A DNA stretch of 64,000 bases, from positions 832,001 through 896,000 of the forward strand of contig CBDFLJ010000002.1 of assembly GCA_965248835.1 (NCBI GenBank), read 5' to 3'. Shown here piece after piece: positions 29,733-39,985 of this stretch. This DNA is from Alphaproteobacteria bacterium. GTDB lineage: Bacteria; Pseudomonadota; Alphaproteobacteria; MPNO01. Position numbers and translations under genes: made by a program. Within the stretch, counting starts at the first letter, position 1, and each line of letters begins with the position of its first letter. The notes under the pieces are model-generated. The model searched no databases. It was not told where the DNA came from and saw only the letters and a list, made by a program, of their open reading frames with translations.

Positions 29733-30956
29733 ATGCAATCATCCACCGGCCGTTGGGTAAGCGGCGACAACTTCTTCGACCGCGAGTCCGAGCTGCGGCT
29801 GCTGGAATCCCGGGTCTGCGGCGGCAACCATGTGCTGTTGAGCGGGCAACGGCGCATGGGCAAGACCAGCATCGCCCGAGAGCTGGGTCGGCGGCTCGAA
29901 TCCAAGGGATGGACCTCGCTCTTCATCGATGTCGAGGGAGCGACCTGCCCCGAGGATGTGATCGCCGAAATAGCTGAGGCGGTGCACCCGATTCGCTCGA
30001 TCTCGTCACGTTTTGCCCGCACCATGAAGCGTCTGGTCGACGAAAACATCGAAGAAATCAGTGCGTTCGAATTTCGAGTCAGAGTCCGCGCCGGATTGAG
30101 TGGACGCTGGCAGCGTTATGGAACAGAGCTAATCGGCAGTTGCGCCGATCATGACAAGCGGGTCCTGCTCGTCATCGACGAGTTGCCCATATTTCTCCTG
30201 CGAATGCTCCGTGATGATGAAGGCGCAGGACGGGTCGATGAGTTTCTGAGCTGGCTCCGCGGCGTGCTTCAAGGTCTTGGCAGTCGATCTACGGTCCTCA
30301 TCGTATCGGGCAGCATCGGGCTTGCACCCCTTGTGCAGAGGCTCGGGATACCCGACCGCATCAATCACCTCTATCCCTTTCGTTTAGGGCCTTGGAGCCG
30401 TCAAGCCAGCGTCGAGTGCTTCGAACGTCTCGCGGAGAGCCTCGGGCTCCCGATCGAGGACGGGGTGTCAGATGCGGTGTACGAAGCGCTCGGCATCGGC
30501 ATTCCTCACCACGTGCAATCCTACTTCGCACGTCTACAGGATTTCGCCGTGATGACGGGTCGCGATCGCGTAACGGTAGCGGATGTCGCCGAGGTGTATC
30601 GAACGGAGCTTCTCGGGCCTTCCGGCCAAAGCGATCTCGCGCACTATGAGACCCGCCTCCAGAACGCCTTGGACGAACAAAGCCACCGAATCGCCCTGGA
30701 AGTCCTCGCCGAGGCAGCCACTCAAGGCGTGTTCACCTACCGCGCGCGCCACTGCCTCGAACGCCGGTACTCTCCTGTGGCTGAGGACGCGGTCCGTCAT
30801 ATCGGGGAAGTGCTTGATGTCCTGACGCACGACGGCTATCTCGAAGCTGGCGACGACGGCCACCGTATCCCGTTCCGATTGCTGAAGGACTGGTGGTCGG
30901 CGCGCTTCCGAGACCACCACATCCCCCTCGAAAGCCGTGTCTCGGACAAGGACTGA
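29733..30956 (+). CDS. P-loop ATPase (archaeal-ATPase/STAND-like)
   Basis: FFDRESEL, Walker A GQRRMGKTS, Walker B LLVIDE, SGSIG. Confidence 0.85.
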   Translation: MQSSTGRWVSGDNFFDRESELRLLESRVCGGNHVLLSGQRRMGKTSIARELGRRLESKGWTSLFIDVEGATCPEDVIAEIAEAVHPIRSISSRFARTMKRLVDENIEEISAFEFRVRVRAGLSGRWQRYGTELIGSCADHDKRVLLVIDELPIFLLRMLRDDEGAGRVDEFLSWLRGVLQGLGSRSTVLIVSGSIGLAPLVQRLGIPDRINHLYPFRLGPWSRQASVECFERLAESLGLPIEDGVSDAVYEALGIGIPHHVQSYFARLQDFAVMTGRDRVTVADVAEVYRTELLGPSGQSDLAHYETRLQNALDEQSHRIALEVLAEAATQGVFTYRARHCLERRYSPVAEDAVRHIGEVLDVLTHDGYLEAGDDGHRIPFRLLKDWWSARFRDHHIPLESRVSDKD

Positions 30957-30967
30957 AGGCTCCCCCC

Positions 30968-33900
30968 ATGAACGAATTGCTCGAACAGCCGCGACAGATT
31001 CGAAAGTTCAATCCCGGGACGTTCCAGTCCGATGTGGAAGTGATCAGCCAATTCGTGGTCAGGAACCGCGAGCTTGGCGTCGTGCTGGATGTTCTCCGCG
31101 GGAACGCCGGTTCACCGTCCTGCCAACACGTTCTACTCGTCGGACCCCGCGGTCGGGGAAAGACCATGCTGCTGGCCCGCATTGCTGCCGAGCTGCGCAC
31201 CGACGGCGACCTCTCCGATCAGCTCTTGCCGATCCGGTTCACGGAAGAGAGCCATGAGATATTCAACCTTGGCGACTTCTGGCTTGAGTCGCTGTTCTAC
31301 CTCGCCCGAGAGCGTGGGGTGCGCGACCCGGATCTCGCGCGCGAACTGCGAGATGTGCACGCCGCCTTGGCGGCCGAGCGGCACGGCAGAGAACTCGAGG
31401 AGCGTGCTCGCGCGGCTGTGCTGGAGATAGCCGATCGGCTCGGCAAGCGGCTCGTGCTGATGGTCGAAAACCTGCAGGCGCTGTGTCGAGACGTGGACGA
31501 CGACTTCGGCTGGAAGCTTCGCGGAGTGTTGCAGTCGGAACCCCAAATCATTCTGCTTGCCACCGCCACCAGTCGTTTTCGGGAACTGGAGGACGCGGAA
31601 CATGCGTTCTTCGAGCTGTTTCGGATCGTGCGTCTGGAGCCGCTGGATACCGGCGAGTGCCGCCGCCTGTGGCAGATGGTGACGGGTGACGATGTTAGGC
31701 GACGTGAAATCAGGCCGCTGCAGATCTTGACCGGAGGCGACCCTCGCCTCCTGGTCATCATCGGCGGGTTTGCACAGCACCGATCCCTGGGTCAGTTGAT
31801 GGAAGACCTGGTAAGGCTGATCGACGACCACACCGAGTATTTTCGTGCTCACCTCGAAGGCTTCGCAAAGACCGAACGCCGAGTCTATCTCGCGTTGATC
31901 GACCTCTGGCAACCGTCAACCACCGGAGAAATCGCGGCTCGGGCGCGTCTGGACGTTCGAATCGTATCGACCCTGCTCGGAAGGCTCGTCGAGCGGGGCG
32001 CAGTCGTCGTGGAAGGAAACGGCAAAAAGCGTGTCTATGTGGCCGCACAACGTCTCTACAGCATCTACTACAAGCTGCGGCGTGAACGCGACGAGGCAGC
32101 CGTCGTCCGCAACCTGATTCGCTTCATGGCGGTGTTCTACACCGATGATGAACTGACCGAGATGGCAGGACAGCTGCGTCGGGAGGCCGTGCAGTCGCCA
32201 ATCTTCCGTGAGGGAATTGAGCAGGCGATAGCGGAGACGCCGCAAATCAGCCGTATCTTCGCCCACGAGGAATGGCAGGCCATCAGTTCGGCATCCGAGC
32301 GAGCCATGGCTATAGGCGACAAAGGCGCCAAGCTGAATTTCCGCGAGACTATAGGCGAAGCCGACGAGACGGGAGACCGGCAAGTCACCGAGTTCTTGGA
32401 CCGAGGGTTGGCTTCCCGGAGAGAGAGCTCACCGCACGCGCCGGAACCGGCCACGGCGCCGGTTCTATGGCGAAGAGCACTTGCGCATAGGAACCGTGGA
32501 GAGCACGAAGCCGAAATTGCAACCTATGACCAAATCGTCGCACTCATTGGAGACAGCGGCGTCCCCGAGCTTCAGGTGCTGGTCGCCGAGGCGTTGGTCA
32601 ACAAGGGAGTCACGCAAGGACAGCTCGGCGACGCCCAGGCGGAGATGGCCGCCTACGACGCGGTGGCCGTCCGATTTGGAGACAGCGACGTCCCCGAGCT
32701 TCAGGTGCAGGTCGCCGCGGCGTTGGTCAACAAGGGAGCCACGCAAGAAGAGCTCGGCGACGTTCAGGCGGCGATGGCCGCCTACGACGCGGTGGCCGCC
32801 CGATTTGGAGACAGCGACGCCCCCGAGATTCAGGTGCTGGTCGCCAAGGCGTTGTCAACAAGGGAGCCACGCAAGGACAGCTCGGCGACGCCCAGGCGGA
32901 GATGGCCGCCTACGACGCGGTGGCCGTCCGATTTGGAGACAGCGACGTCCCCGAGCTTCAGGTGCTGGTCGCCGAGGCGTTGGTCACGCAAGGACAGCTC
33001 GGCAAGGGACGACGCGGTCGATTTGGAGACGCAAGGAGCTTCAAGCTCGGCGACGCTCCAGGCGGCGATGGCCACCTACGACGCGGTGGCCGCCCGATTT
33101 GGAGACAGCGACGTCCCCGAGCTTCAGGTGAAGTCGCCAAGGCGTTGTTCAACAAGGGAGTCACGCAAGGACAGCTCGGCGACGCCCAGGCGGAGATGGC
33201 CACCTACGGCGCGGTGGCCGCCCGATTTGGAGACAGCGATGTCCCCGAGCTTCAGGTGCAGGTCGCCGCGCGTTGGTCAACAAGGGAGTCACGCAAGGAC
33301 AGCTCGGCGACGCCCAGGCGGCGATGGCCACTTGCGACGCGGTGGCCGCCCGATTTGGAGACAGCGATGTCCCCGAGCTTCAGGTGGAAGTCGCCAAGGC
33401 GTTGTTCAACAAGGGAGTCACGCAAAGAGAGCTCCTCGGCGACGCCCATGCGGCGATGGCCGCCTTCGACGCGGTGGCCGCCCGATTTGGAGACAGCGAT
33501 GTCCCCGAGCTTCAGGTGCAGGTCGCCAAGGCGTTGTTCAACAAGGGAGTCACGCAAAGAGAGCTCCTCGGCGACGGCGATGGCCACCTACGACGCGGTG
33601 GCCGAGCGATTTGGAGACAGCGATGTCCCCGAGCTTCAGGTGGAAGTCGCCAAGGCGTTGTTCAACAAGGGAGTCACGCAAAGAGAGCTCGGCGACGCCC
33701 AGGCGGCGATGGCCGCCTTCGACGCGGTGGCCGCCCGATTTGGAGACAGCGATGTCCCTGAGCTTCAGGTGGAGGTCGCCAAGGCGTTGTTCAACAAGGG
33801 AGTCACGCAAAGAGAGCTCCTCGGCGACGCCCAGGCGGAGATGGCCACCTACGACGCGGTGGCCGAGCGATTTGGAGACAGCGATGTCCCCGAGCTTCAG

Positions 33901-34926
33901 GCGCAGGTCGCCAAGGCGTTGTTCAACAAGGGAGTCACGCAAGGACAGCTCGGCGACGCCCATGCGGCGATGGCCGCCTTCGACGCGGTGGCCGCCCGAT
34001 TTGGAGACAGCGACGTCCCCGAGCTTCAGGTGGAGGTCGCCAAGGCGTTGTTCAACAAGGGAGTCACGCAAAGAGAGCTCCTCGGCGACGCCCAGGCGGA
34101 GATGGCCACCTACGACGCGGTGGCCGAGCGATTTGGAGACAGCGATGTCCCCGAGCTTCAGGCGCAGGTCGCCAAGGCGTTGTTCAACAAGGGAGTCACG
34201 CAAGGACAGCTCGGCGACGCCCATGCGGCGATGGCCGCCTTCGACGCGGTGGCCGCCCGATTTGGAGACAGCGACGTCCCCGAGCTTCAGGTGCAGGTCG
34301 CCGCGGCGTTGGTCGGCAAGGGAGTCACGCAAGGACAGCTTGGCGACGCCCATGCGGCGATGGCCGCCTTCGACGCGGTGGCCGCCCGATTTAGAGACAG
34401 CGATGTCCTTCAGCTTCAGATGCTGGTGGCCAACGCGTTGGTCAACAAGGCTGAAGCGGAAATCCGGCTCGGCCGCACGGAAGAAGCTCTACATACTTGT
34501 GAGCAAGTTGAACGAAGAGCGGACGTCTTGGCCGGAATCGAGAAAGGTGCGTTGGAACGACGAGCGCGGTGGGTTAGGACCAGGGCTCTCCTCTTGCTGG
34601 AACAACACACAGAGGCCATGGATGTGTTCCGCTCGGTTTACGCTGTGTTCGTCCCTGGCGAAGACACCATGGTGAGTGAGATGTTGGAGCAGGTCCCCAA
34701 CCTGATCGCAGCCGGGGCATCCGAGCGCGACTTGGTCGGCGTCCTGTCCAGTGAAAGTGAAAAGACCGATGCGCTGATGCCGTTGGTGGTGGCGCTGCGG
34801 CAGCGTGCTGGCGAGGTGGTCCGGGCACCGGTTGAAGTGCTGGAGATCGCGGCGGATATCCGCAGGGAAATCGAAACGAAGTTGGGCTCCGGCGACGACG
34901 CCTCTCCTGGCGCATCGTCCGCGTGA
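30968..34926 (+). CDS. STAND-like ATPase + winged HTH + TPR-like repeat array (frameshifted within the array as assembled)
   Basis: GPRGRGKTM, LMVENL, TGGDPR, wHTH STTGEIAARARLDVRIVSTLLGRL; repeats switch frame several times before the unique C-terminus. Confidence 0.8.
32520..34450 (+). repeat. Tandem 129/132-bp coding repeat (~15 copies plus one degenerate), 43/44-aa TPR-like unit
   Basis: Unit MAAYDAVAARFGDSDVPELQVQVAKALFNKGVTQGQLGDAQAA; gatttggagacagc recurs about every 129 bp. Confidence 0.93.
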
Positions 34927-35039
34927 CACGTCTGCGGGGTCAGGGCAACCGCGTTCGCCGTGCCGAACGCGATAGAGGCGTTCGATCTCGACTCACAAAT
35001 GATGGTCGTGAGCGCCGTTCAGGCGCAAGCGCGGACTGA

Positions 35040-35225
35040 CGGGCCGGCGGCAGGCCGGTCATGTTCTGAAGATGCGCCTTGCCGATCAGTGCGGTGCGGT
35101 AGCCGGCATCGCGCAGCAGATGAACGAAGGTGGTCGAATTCAGCGGCAGCGGCAGGCCGTTATGGCGCACCCTGTCGAGCGAGGGCATGCGCCCGATCAT
35201 CAGGCTCGCGCGGTTGGACGGACCG
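35040..35225 (-). pseudogene. Sulfatase N-terminal-region fragment
   Basis: NRASLMIGRMPS..VRHNG..TFVHLLRDAGYRTALIGKAHL. Confidence 0.75.
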
Positions 35226-35342
35226 TCCGCCGCTCGGAAGATTTCAAACTGAGACACTACCAAACCCCGGCGTCGCGTTGCCCATGCCGGCGGCGCGATG
35301 CTACCGTCCGCCGGTCCGGAGCGGAAACCCAGGGATCGGCTT

Positions 35343-36989
35343 ATGCCTTGCGCGCCCATCGTGATCGTCGGCGGGGGCCCCGTCGGCATGGTGCTGGCGA
35401 TGAACCTCGCCGTGTTCGGCGTGCGCACGGTCATCGTCAACATCGAGCCGAGCTCGCGCTGGCACCCCAAGGGCAACACCCACAACGCCCGGACGATGGA
35501 GCATTACCGCCGGCTCGGCATCGCCCGTGCCGTCCGCCGGGTGGGGCTGCCGGCCGATCACCCGACGGATGTCGGGTATTTCACCACGCTCGACGGCTGG
35601 GAGATCGCCCGCCTGCCGATGCCGTCCGAGGCGCGCAAGATCGCCGCGCGCGACGCCGCCGCGGCGACCGATCAGGTCCCGGAGCCTCTGTTCCGGGCCA
35701 ACCAGATGTATGTCGAAGCGGAGCTCTTCCGCCATATCCAGACCATCGAGGCGATCGTTCCCCGCTATGGATGGCGCTGCGTCGAGATCGCCGAGACCGG
35801 CGACGGATTCGAGGTGGCGATCGAGGAGGCGGACTCCGGACGGGTCGAGCGGTTGGACTGCTCCTATGTCGTCGGCTGCGACGGCGGGCGCAGCTTCGTC
35901 AGGCGCTGGCTCGGCATCTCCTATTCCGGCGACCGGCCGCGCGCCCAGCTTTACGGCAGCGGTGCGACGGTCGCCACGCACCTGCGCGCACCGGCGCTCT
36001 ACGAGCGCGGCATCCTCCAGCGGCACTGCTGGCAGTACTGGACGGTCAATTCCGAGGTGCGGGCCAATCTGGTGACGCTCGACGGCGAAGGCGATTTCCT
36101 GTTCAGCACCCGCATCGGCAGCATCGACGAGCCGCCCGATCCGGCCTATATCGCTTCCCGGTTCCGCCGCAGCGTCGGCCAGGACGTCCCGTTCGAATTC
36201 ATCGGCCACTGGCCCTGGACGGCCGGCCACGCGCTGGTCGCGGACTCCTTCGGCCGCGGCCGCGTCTGGCTCGCCGGCGACGCGGTGCACCTGTTCACGC
36301 CGACCGGCGGGTTCGGCATGAACACCGGCATCGACGATGCCGCCAATCTGGGATGGAAGCTCGCGGCGGCGGTGCAGGGCTGGGGCGGCCCCGACCTGCT
36401 GGAGAGCTACGCGGTCGAGCGCCGGGCGATCGCCTTGCGCAACACCGGCATGGCCAAGCGGTTCTCGCTCAGGCTCGCCGACGTGCCGGCGCCGCCCGAG
36501 ATCACCGAGGATTCGACGGTAGGCGAGACCGCGCGCGCCGAAGCGGCCGCCATTCTCTCGACCCTGGGGGAGGAGTTCGCCTCGATCGGCACCCAGCTCG
36601 GCGCGCGCTACGACGGCTCGCCGATCATCGCCGCCGACGGGACCGCGCCGCCGCCCGACGATCACGTCGTCTACACCCCGAGCGCGTGCCCCGGCGGCCG
36701 CGCGCCGCATCTGTTCCTGCCCGACCGCAGCTCGCTGTTCGATCGTTTCGGGCCGGGCTTCACGCTGTTGCGGATCGGCGGCAGGCTCGATGCGCGGCCC
36801 TTCGCGGCCGCGGCCGAAGCGCGCGGCATCCCGCTTGCGCTCCGCGATGTCGAGGCGCCCGAGGCGCGCGAGCTCTACGGCGCCGATCTCGCGCTGATCC
36901 GTCCGGACCAGCATGTCGCCTGGCGCGGCGACCGGGCCCCCGACGACGTCGGCGCGCTGCTCGCCCGCGTCACCGGACACCGGTCCTAG
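35343..36989 (+). CDS. FAD-dependent aromatic monooxygenase (PheA/TfdB type)
   Basis: GGGPVG, GCDG, GDAVH..PTGGFGMNTGIDDA, IRPDQHVAWR. Confidence 0.92.
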   Translation: MPCAPIVIVGGGPVGMVLAMNLAVFGVRTVIVNIEPSSRWHPKGNTHNARTMEHYRRLGIARAVRRVGLPADHPTDVGYFTTLDGWEIARLPMPSEARKIAARDAAAATDQVPEPLFRANQMYVEAELFRHIQTIEAIVPRYGWRCVEIAETGDGFEVAIEEADSGRVERLDCSYVVGCDGGRSFVRRWLGISYSGDRPRAQLYGSGATVATHLRAPALYERGILQRHCWQYWTVNSEVRANLVTLDGEGDFLFSTRIGSIDEPPDPAYIASRFRRSVGQDVPFEFIGHWPWTAGHALVADSFGRGRVWLAGDAVHLFTPTGGFGMNTGIDDAANLGWKLAAAVQGWGGPDLLESYAVERRAIALRNTGMAKRFSLRLADVPAPPEITEDSTVGETARAEAAAILSTLGEEFASIGTQLGARYDGSPIIAADGTAPPPDDHVVYTPSACPGGRAPHLFLPDRSSLFDRFGPGFTLLRIGGRLDARPFAAAAEARGIPLALRDVEAPEARELYGADLALIRPDQHVAWRGDRAPDDVGALLARVTGHRS

Positions 36990-37030
36990 CGCCCGGCCTG
37001 CGCGAGACCGGCCAGGGCAGTGCGGGCTGG

Positions 37031-38206
37031 TCAGGCGAGGATCATGTCGGGCACCGCGAGGTTCTTCCTCGACGGCAGCGTGCGGCAGCCTTCCCGCTGG
37101 GCGCGGAATTCCTCGGCGAACAGGCGGCGGACCTTGAGCACCTCCTGGTCGGGATGGAACAGGAACTCGTCGGCCCGCGACTCGACGAGGCCGCCGAGCT
37201 GCTCGACCAGCGCCCGGTCCTCGCCGTTCACGTGGCGCTGCCGCGGCCCGACGATCTCGTCGAAGAACTTCGCGCACTGCGCGCGCTCCTCGTCGTTGGC
37301 GGCGCGCATGGCGATGAACCGCACGGAAAGCGTGTGCGTCGCGTCGACCGGCACCTGGTAGTGGCGCCCGACATAGGGCGGCACGCCCGGCACCGGCCGG
37401 ATCGGAATGGTGTTGAGCGCCGGCAGCGAAACGTGGTCGCCCTGCCAGTCGCCGAGGAAATGCCCATGATGGATCTGCTTGCCGGTCGGGTCGTAGGCGA
37501 CCCCCCGCAGCCCCTGCGGCGTCTCTATGAGCTTCATGCGGCGGTCTTCGATCGGCACCCCGGCCTGCCTGGGCCGCCCGCTTCCCTTGTACGCCTCGCT
37601 CGCCACGGCCTGGGACTCGGTGTGCAGCATCACCGCGTGATACGGGTCCACGCCGTCGAACGCCTGGAGCCAGTTGCACTTCCAGATCTCGTCGGGGTGG
37701 CGGAATACGGCGAACTGATCGGCCCGCGTCAGCTCCTCGGGCACGCTCTCTTCGAGCGGCGGAACCGGGAACTGCCCGGCGTCGCCGATATAGGCCCAGA
37801 TCTCGCCGGCAAGCTCCCCGGCCGGATAGGCGATGACGCCGACCTCGTCCAGCAGCTTGCTGTCTTCGGCTTCCCACGGGATCAGCGTGCAGCGCCCCGC
37901 GCCGTCGAAGCGCAGGCCGTGCCAGCGGCACTGCAGGTCGCCTGCGAGCACTCGGCCCTGGGACAGCCTGGCCGCCCGGTGAGGACACTTGTCGCGCACG
38001 ATGCAGGGCCGGCCGGACGCGTCGCGCCACGCGACCAGCCTCTCGCCCAGCGCGGTGAACCCGGTCGGCGCGTCCGCGGCGACCTTCCCCGACTCGATGA
38101 CCGGATACCAGTAGTTCCGCAAGCCGAGCTCGAGCCCTTGCGGGACATCGCGGGCAATTTCGCCAACGCCGGAGTCTTTGGCCTTGCGCTGCCGGGCCTC
38201 GTCCAT
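37031..38206 (-). CDS. Rieske non-heme iron oxygenase alpha subunit (VanA/LigX-like)
   Basis: CPHR..CRWHG Rieske motif; DPYHAVMLH mononuclear iron site. Confidence 0.9.
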   Translation of the reverse strand: MDEARQRKAKDSGVGEIARDVPQGLELGLRNYWYPVIESGKVAADAPTGFTALGERLVAWRDASGRPCIVRDKCPHRAARLSQGRVLAGDLQCRWHGLRFDGAGRCTLIPWEAEDSKLLDEVGVIAYPAGELAGEIWAYIGDAGQFPVPPLEESVPEELTRADQFAVFRHPDEIWKCNWLQAFDGVDPYHAVMLHTESQAVASEAYKGSGRPRQAGVPIEDRRMKLIETPQGLRGVAYDPTGKQIHHGHFLGDWQGDHVSLPALNTIPIRPVPGVPPYVGRHYQVPVDATHTLSVRFIAMRAANDEERAQCAKFFDEIVGPRQRHVNGEDRALVEQLGGLVESRADEFLFHPDQEVLKVRRLFAEEFRAQREGCRTLPSRKNLAVPDMILA

Positions 38207-38344
38207 CACAGGCTCCTTCCCTGGCGTCGTCCGCAAAAAAATCTCACCGCGCCCGGCCGGTGTCAATCGACGCCCCGGCGCCGCTCGCGCCCCCCGGCCC
38301 CCGGAGCCTGTGCGGGGGCGCCGGCACACCGGCCAGGCTAGGGC

Positions 38345-39361
38345 CTAATACCCCAGTATCTTCTTGAGCCGCGCCACGGTCTCCTCGGCGGTGGTCGCGA
38401 TCTCGTCGGCCAGCTTCTGTTGCGTCTGCCAGGAGACCGGCCGGAGCGGCAGGCCGCGCTTGCTCGCGTCGGCGACGAAGGCGGGGTCGGCCAGCGTCTT
38501 CGTGTAGGCGCCGCGAAGGGCGGCGAGCCGATCCTTCGGAATGTCGCCGAACGCCACCCAGGCCCGGCCGAGCGCCGCCGTCGCGGTCAGCAGCTTGACG
38601 ACGGCGCGGTCCTCATCGGACTCCAGCAGCTCGCCGAGCGCCGGCACGCCGGCAAGAGCGGGCTCGCGTTCGGATGTGATCGTGACCAGGCTGACGACCA
38701 TGTCTCTGGCGATCCACGACTTCTTGGTCCCGGTGATCGACGCCCACGAGGCCGCGCGGCCGTGCACCTCGCCGTTCTCCATCGCCTGGTGCATGATGCC
38801 GAGGCCGCGATAGCCGCCGATGATCTTGAACTTCGTGCCCAGCAGGGCGTTGAGCAGGGTGGGGACCATGTAGGTCTGGCCGCCTCTGCCCGCCGAAGCC
38901 AGCACGACCTCCTTGCGCTTGGCGTCGTCCAACGAGGCGATGCCGCTGGACTTCATCACCGTGACGGCGACGAAGGGCACGTCGGCGCCGCCGAGATAGT
39001 GCGCCTTGGCGGCGTCGTACTTGACGCCCTTGACCCCGATGCGGGCGTTGAACACCAGGTCCTGCAGCGGGACGCCGATGTTGGTGCCGTCGGCGGCGGT
39101 GGCGTTGTAGAGATAGTTCATCGCCTTGTTGCCGCCCGCCCCCGGCATGAACTGGATGGCGACCTTGGGGTGGCCGGGGATGAACTTGCCGATATGGTGC
39201 CTGATGAGCTGGGCATAGGCGCCGTGCGAGCCGCCCGCACCGCCCGAGCTGAAGACGGTAACCGTCTTGCCTTCGTAAAACTCCGACACCGAATCCGCGA
39301 GCGCCGGAACCGTCCACAACAACGACGCCGACGCCAGTCCCAGAACGATATGTCGATTCAC
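38345..39361 (-). CDS. Tripartite tricarboxylate transporter substrate-binding protein (Bug/TctC family)
   Basis: Signal peptide; FYEGKTV, MPGAGG, GYRG..AMENGEVHG. Confidence 0.85.
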   Translation of the reverse strand: MNRHIVLGLASASLLWTVPALADSVSEFYEGKTVTVFSSGGAGGSHGAYAQLIRHHIGKFIPGHPKVAIQFMPGAGGNKAMNYLYNATAADGTNIGVPLQDLVFNARIGVKGVKYDAAKAHYLGGADVPFVAVTVMKSSGIASLDDAKRKEVVLASAGRGGQTYMVPTLLNALLGTKFKIIGGYRGLGIMHQAMENGEVHGRAASWASITGTKKSWIARDMVVSLVTITSEREPALAGVPALGELLESDEDRAVVKLLTATAALGRAWVAFGDIPKDRLAALRGAYTKTLADPAFVADASKRGLPLRPVSWQTQQKLADEIATTAEETVARLKKILGY

Positions 39362-39639
39362 CGCTCCATCCTCCCTTTTATGTTCAGACCGCCGGTTTTC
39401 CCCTGGTCACGCATCTTGCGCGCCCGCATGCGCATGGACAAGGAGCGCGTGCGTTGCAGCGTTTTCCGCACCGGCGGCATTCCCGGTCGCGGGGGCGCTG
39501 CTCCGCTGCGGTGACGCGGACCGGCAACTTTCGCCGGCTTTCGGAACCATAGCCGACGGCTGGACCGGGACCGCCGCGGACGGGGCGGCACGCTGGTCTT
39601 GCCCGAGATCGCCGCCGATCCCGCCGAAGTGCAGTTCAC

Positions 39640-39810
39640 CGGACACGGCAACAGGTCGTATTCGGCAAGGAAATCACGCCATTTCCGCTCCATCCGCCGG
39701 CGTTGTTCGTCGAAACCCTGCCAGTCGCGGTGAAACGGCGCCACGCCGCGCAGCATGCGCGCCATTTGCCGTCATCGTCGGCCTCGCGCGCCGCAAGATC
39801 GGCGGCGGCC
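39640..39810 (-). pseudogene. Amidase C-terminal-region fragment
   Basis: HRDWQGFDEQRRRMERKWRDFLAEYDLLPCPV. Confidence 0.5.
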
Positions 39811-39985
39811 GCCCCCGGCATCCACCACGACTTGGGAATTGCAGGTTCAGGCAACAACGCACAATCAATACGCTGTCGCCGGGTTTGGCAGTTCCGAGGG
39901 CTGGCCGGCGGATTCGCTTGACACAAACCTTGCGGGGTCTTTGGTTCGCGTGGACAACACCGTCATGGCAAGGGTGTGAGGTGGG

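Larger units (their letters stand above)
28438..35261. mobile_element. Composite transposon-like element with IS1-like ends
   Basis: Inverted ends ggtagtgtcttagtttgaaat (28438-28458) / atttcaaactgagacactacc (35241-35261), 20/21 match; 9-bp direct repeat aaaccccgg at 28429-28437 and 35262-35270. Confidence 0.85.

Noticed and set aside
32520-34450. CRISPR-like repeat array
   Set aside because: Units are contiguous 129/132-bp coding repeats with no unique spacers, and no cas genes are present
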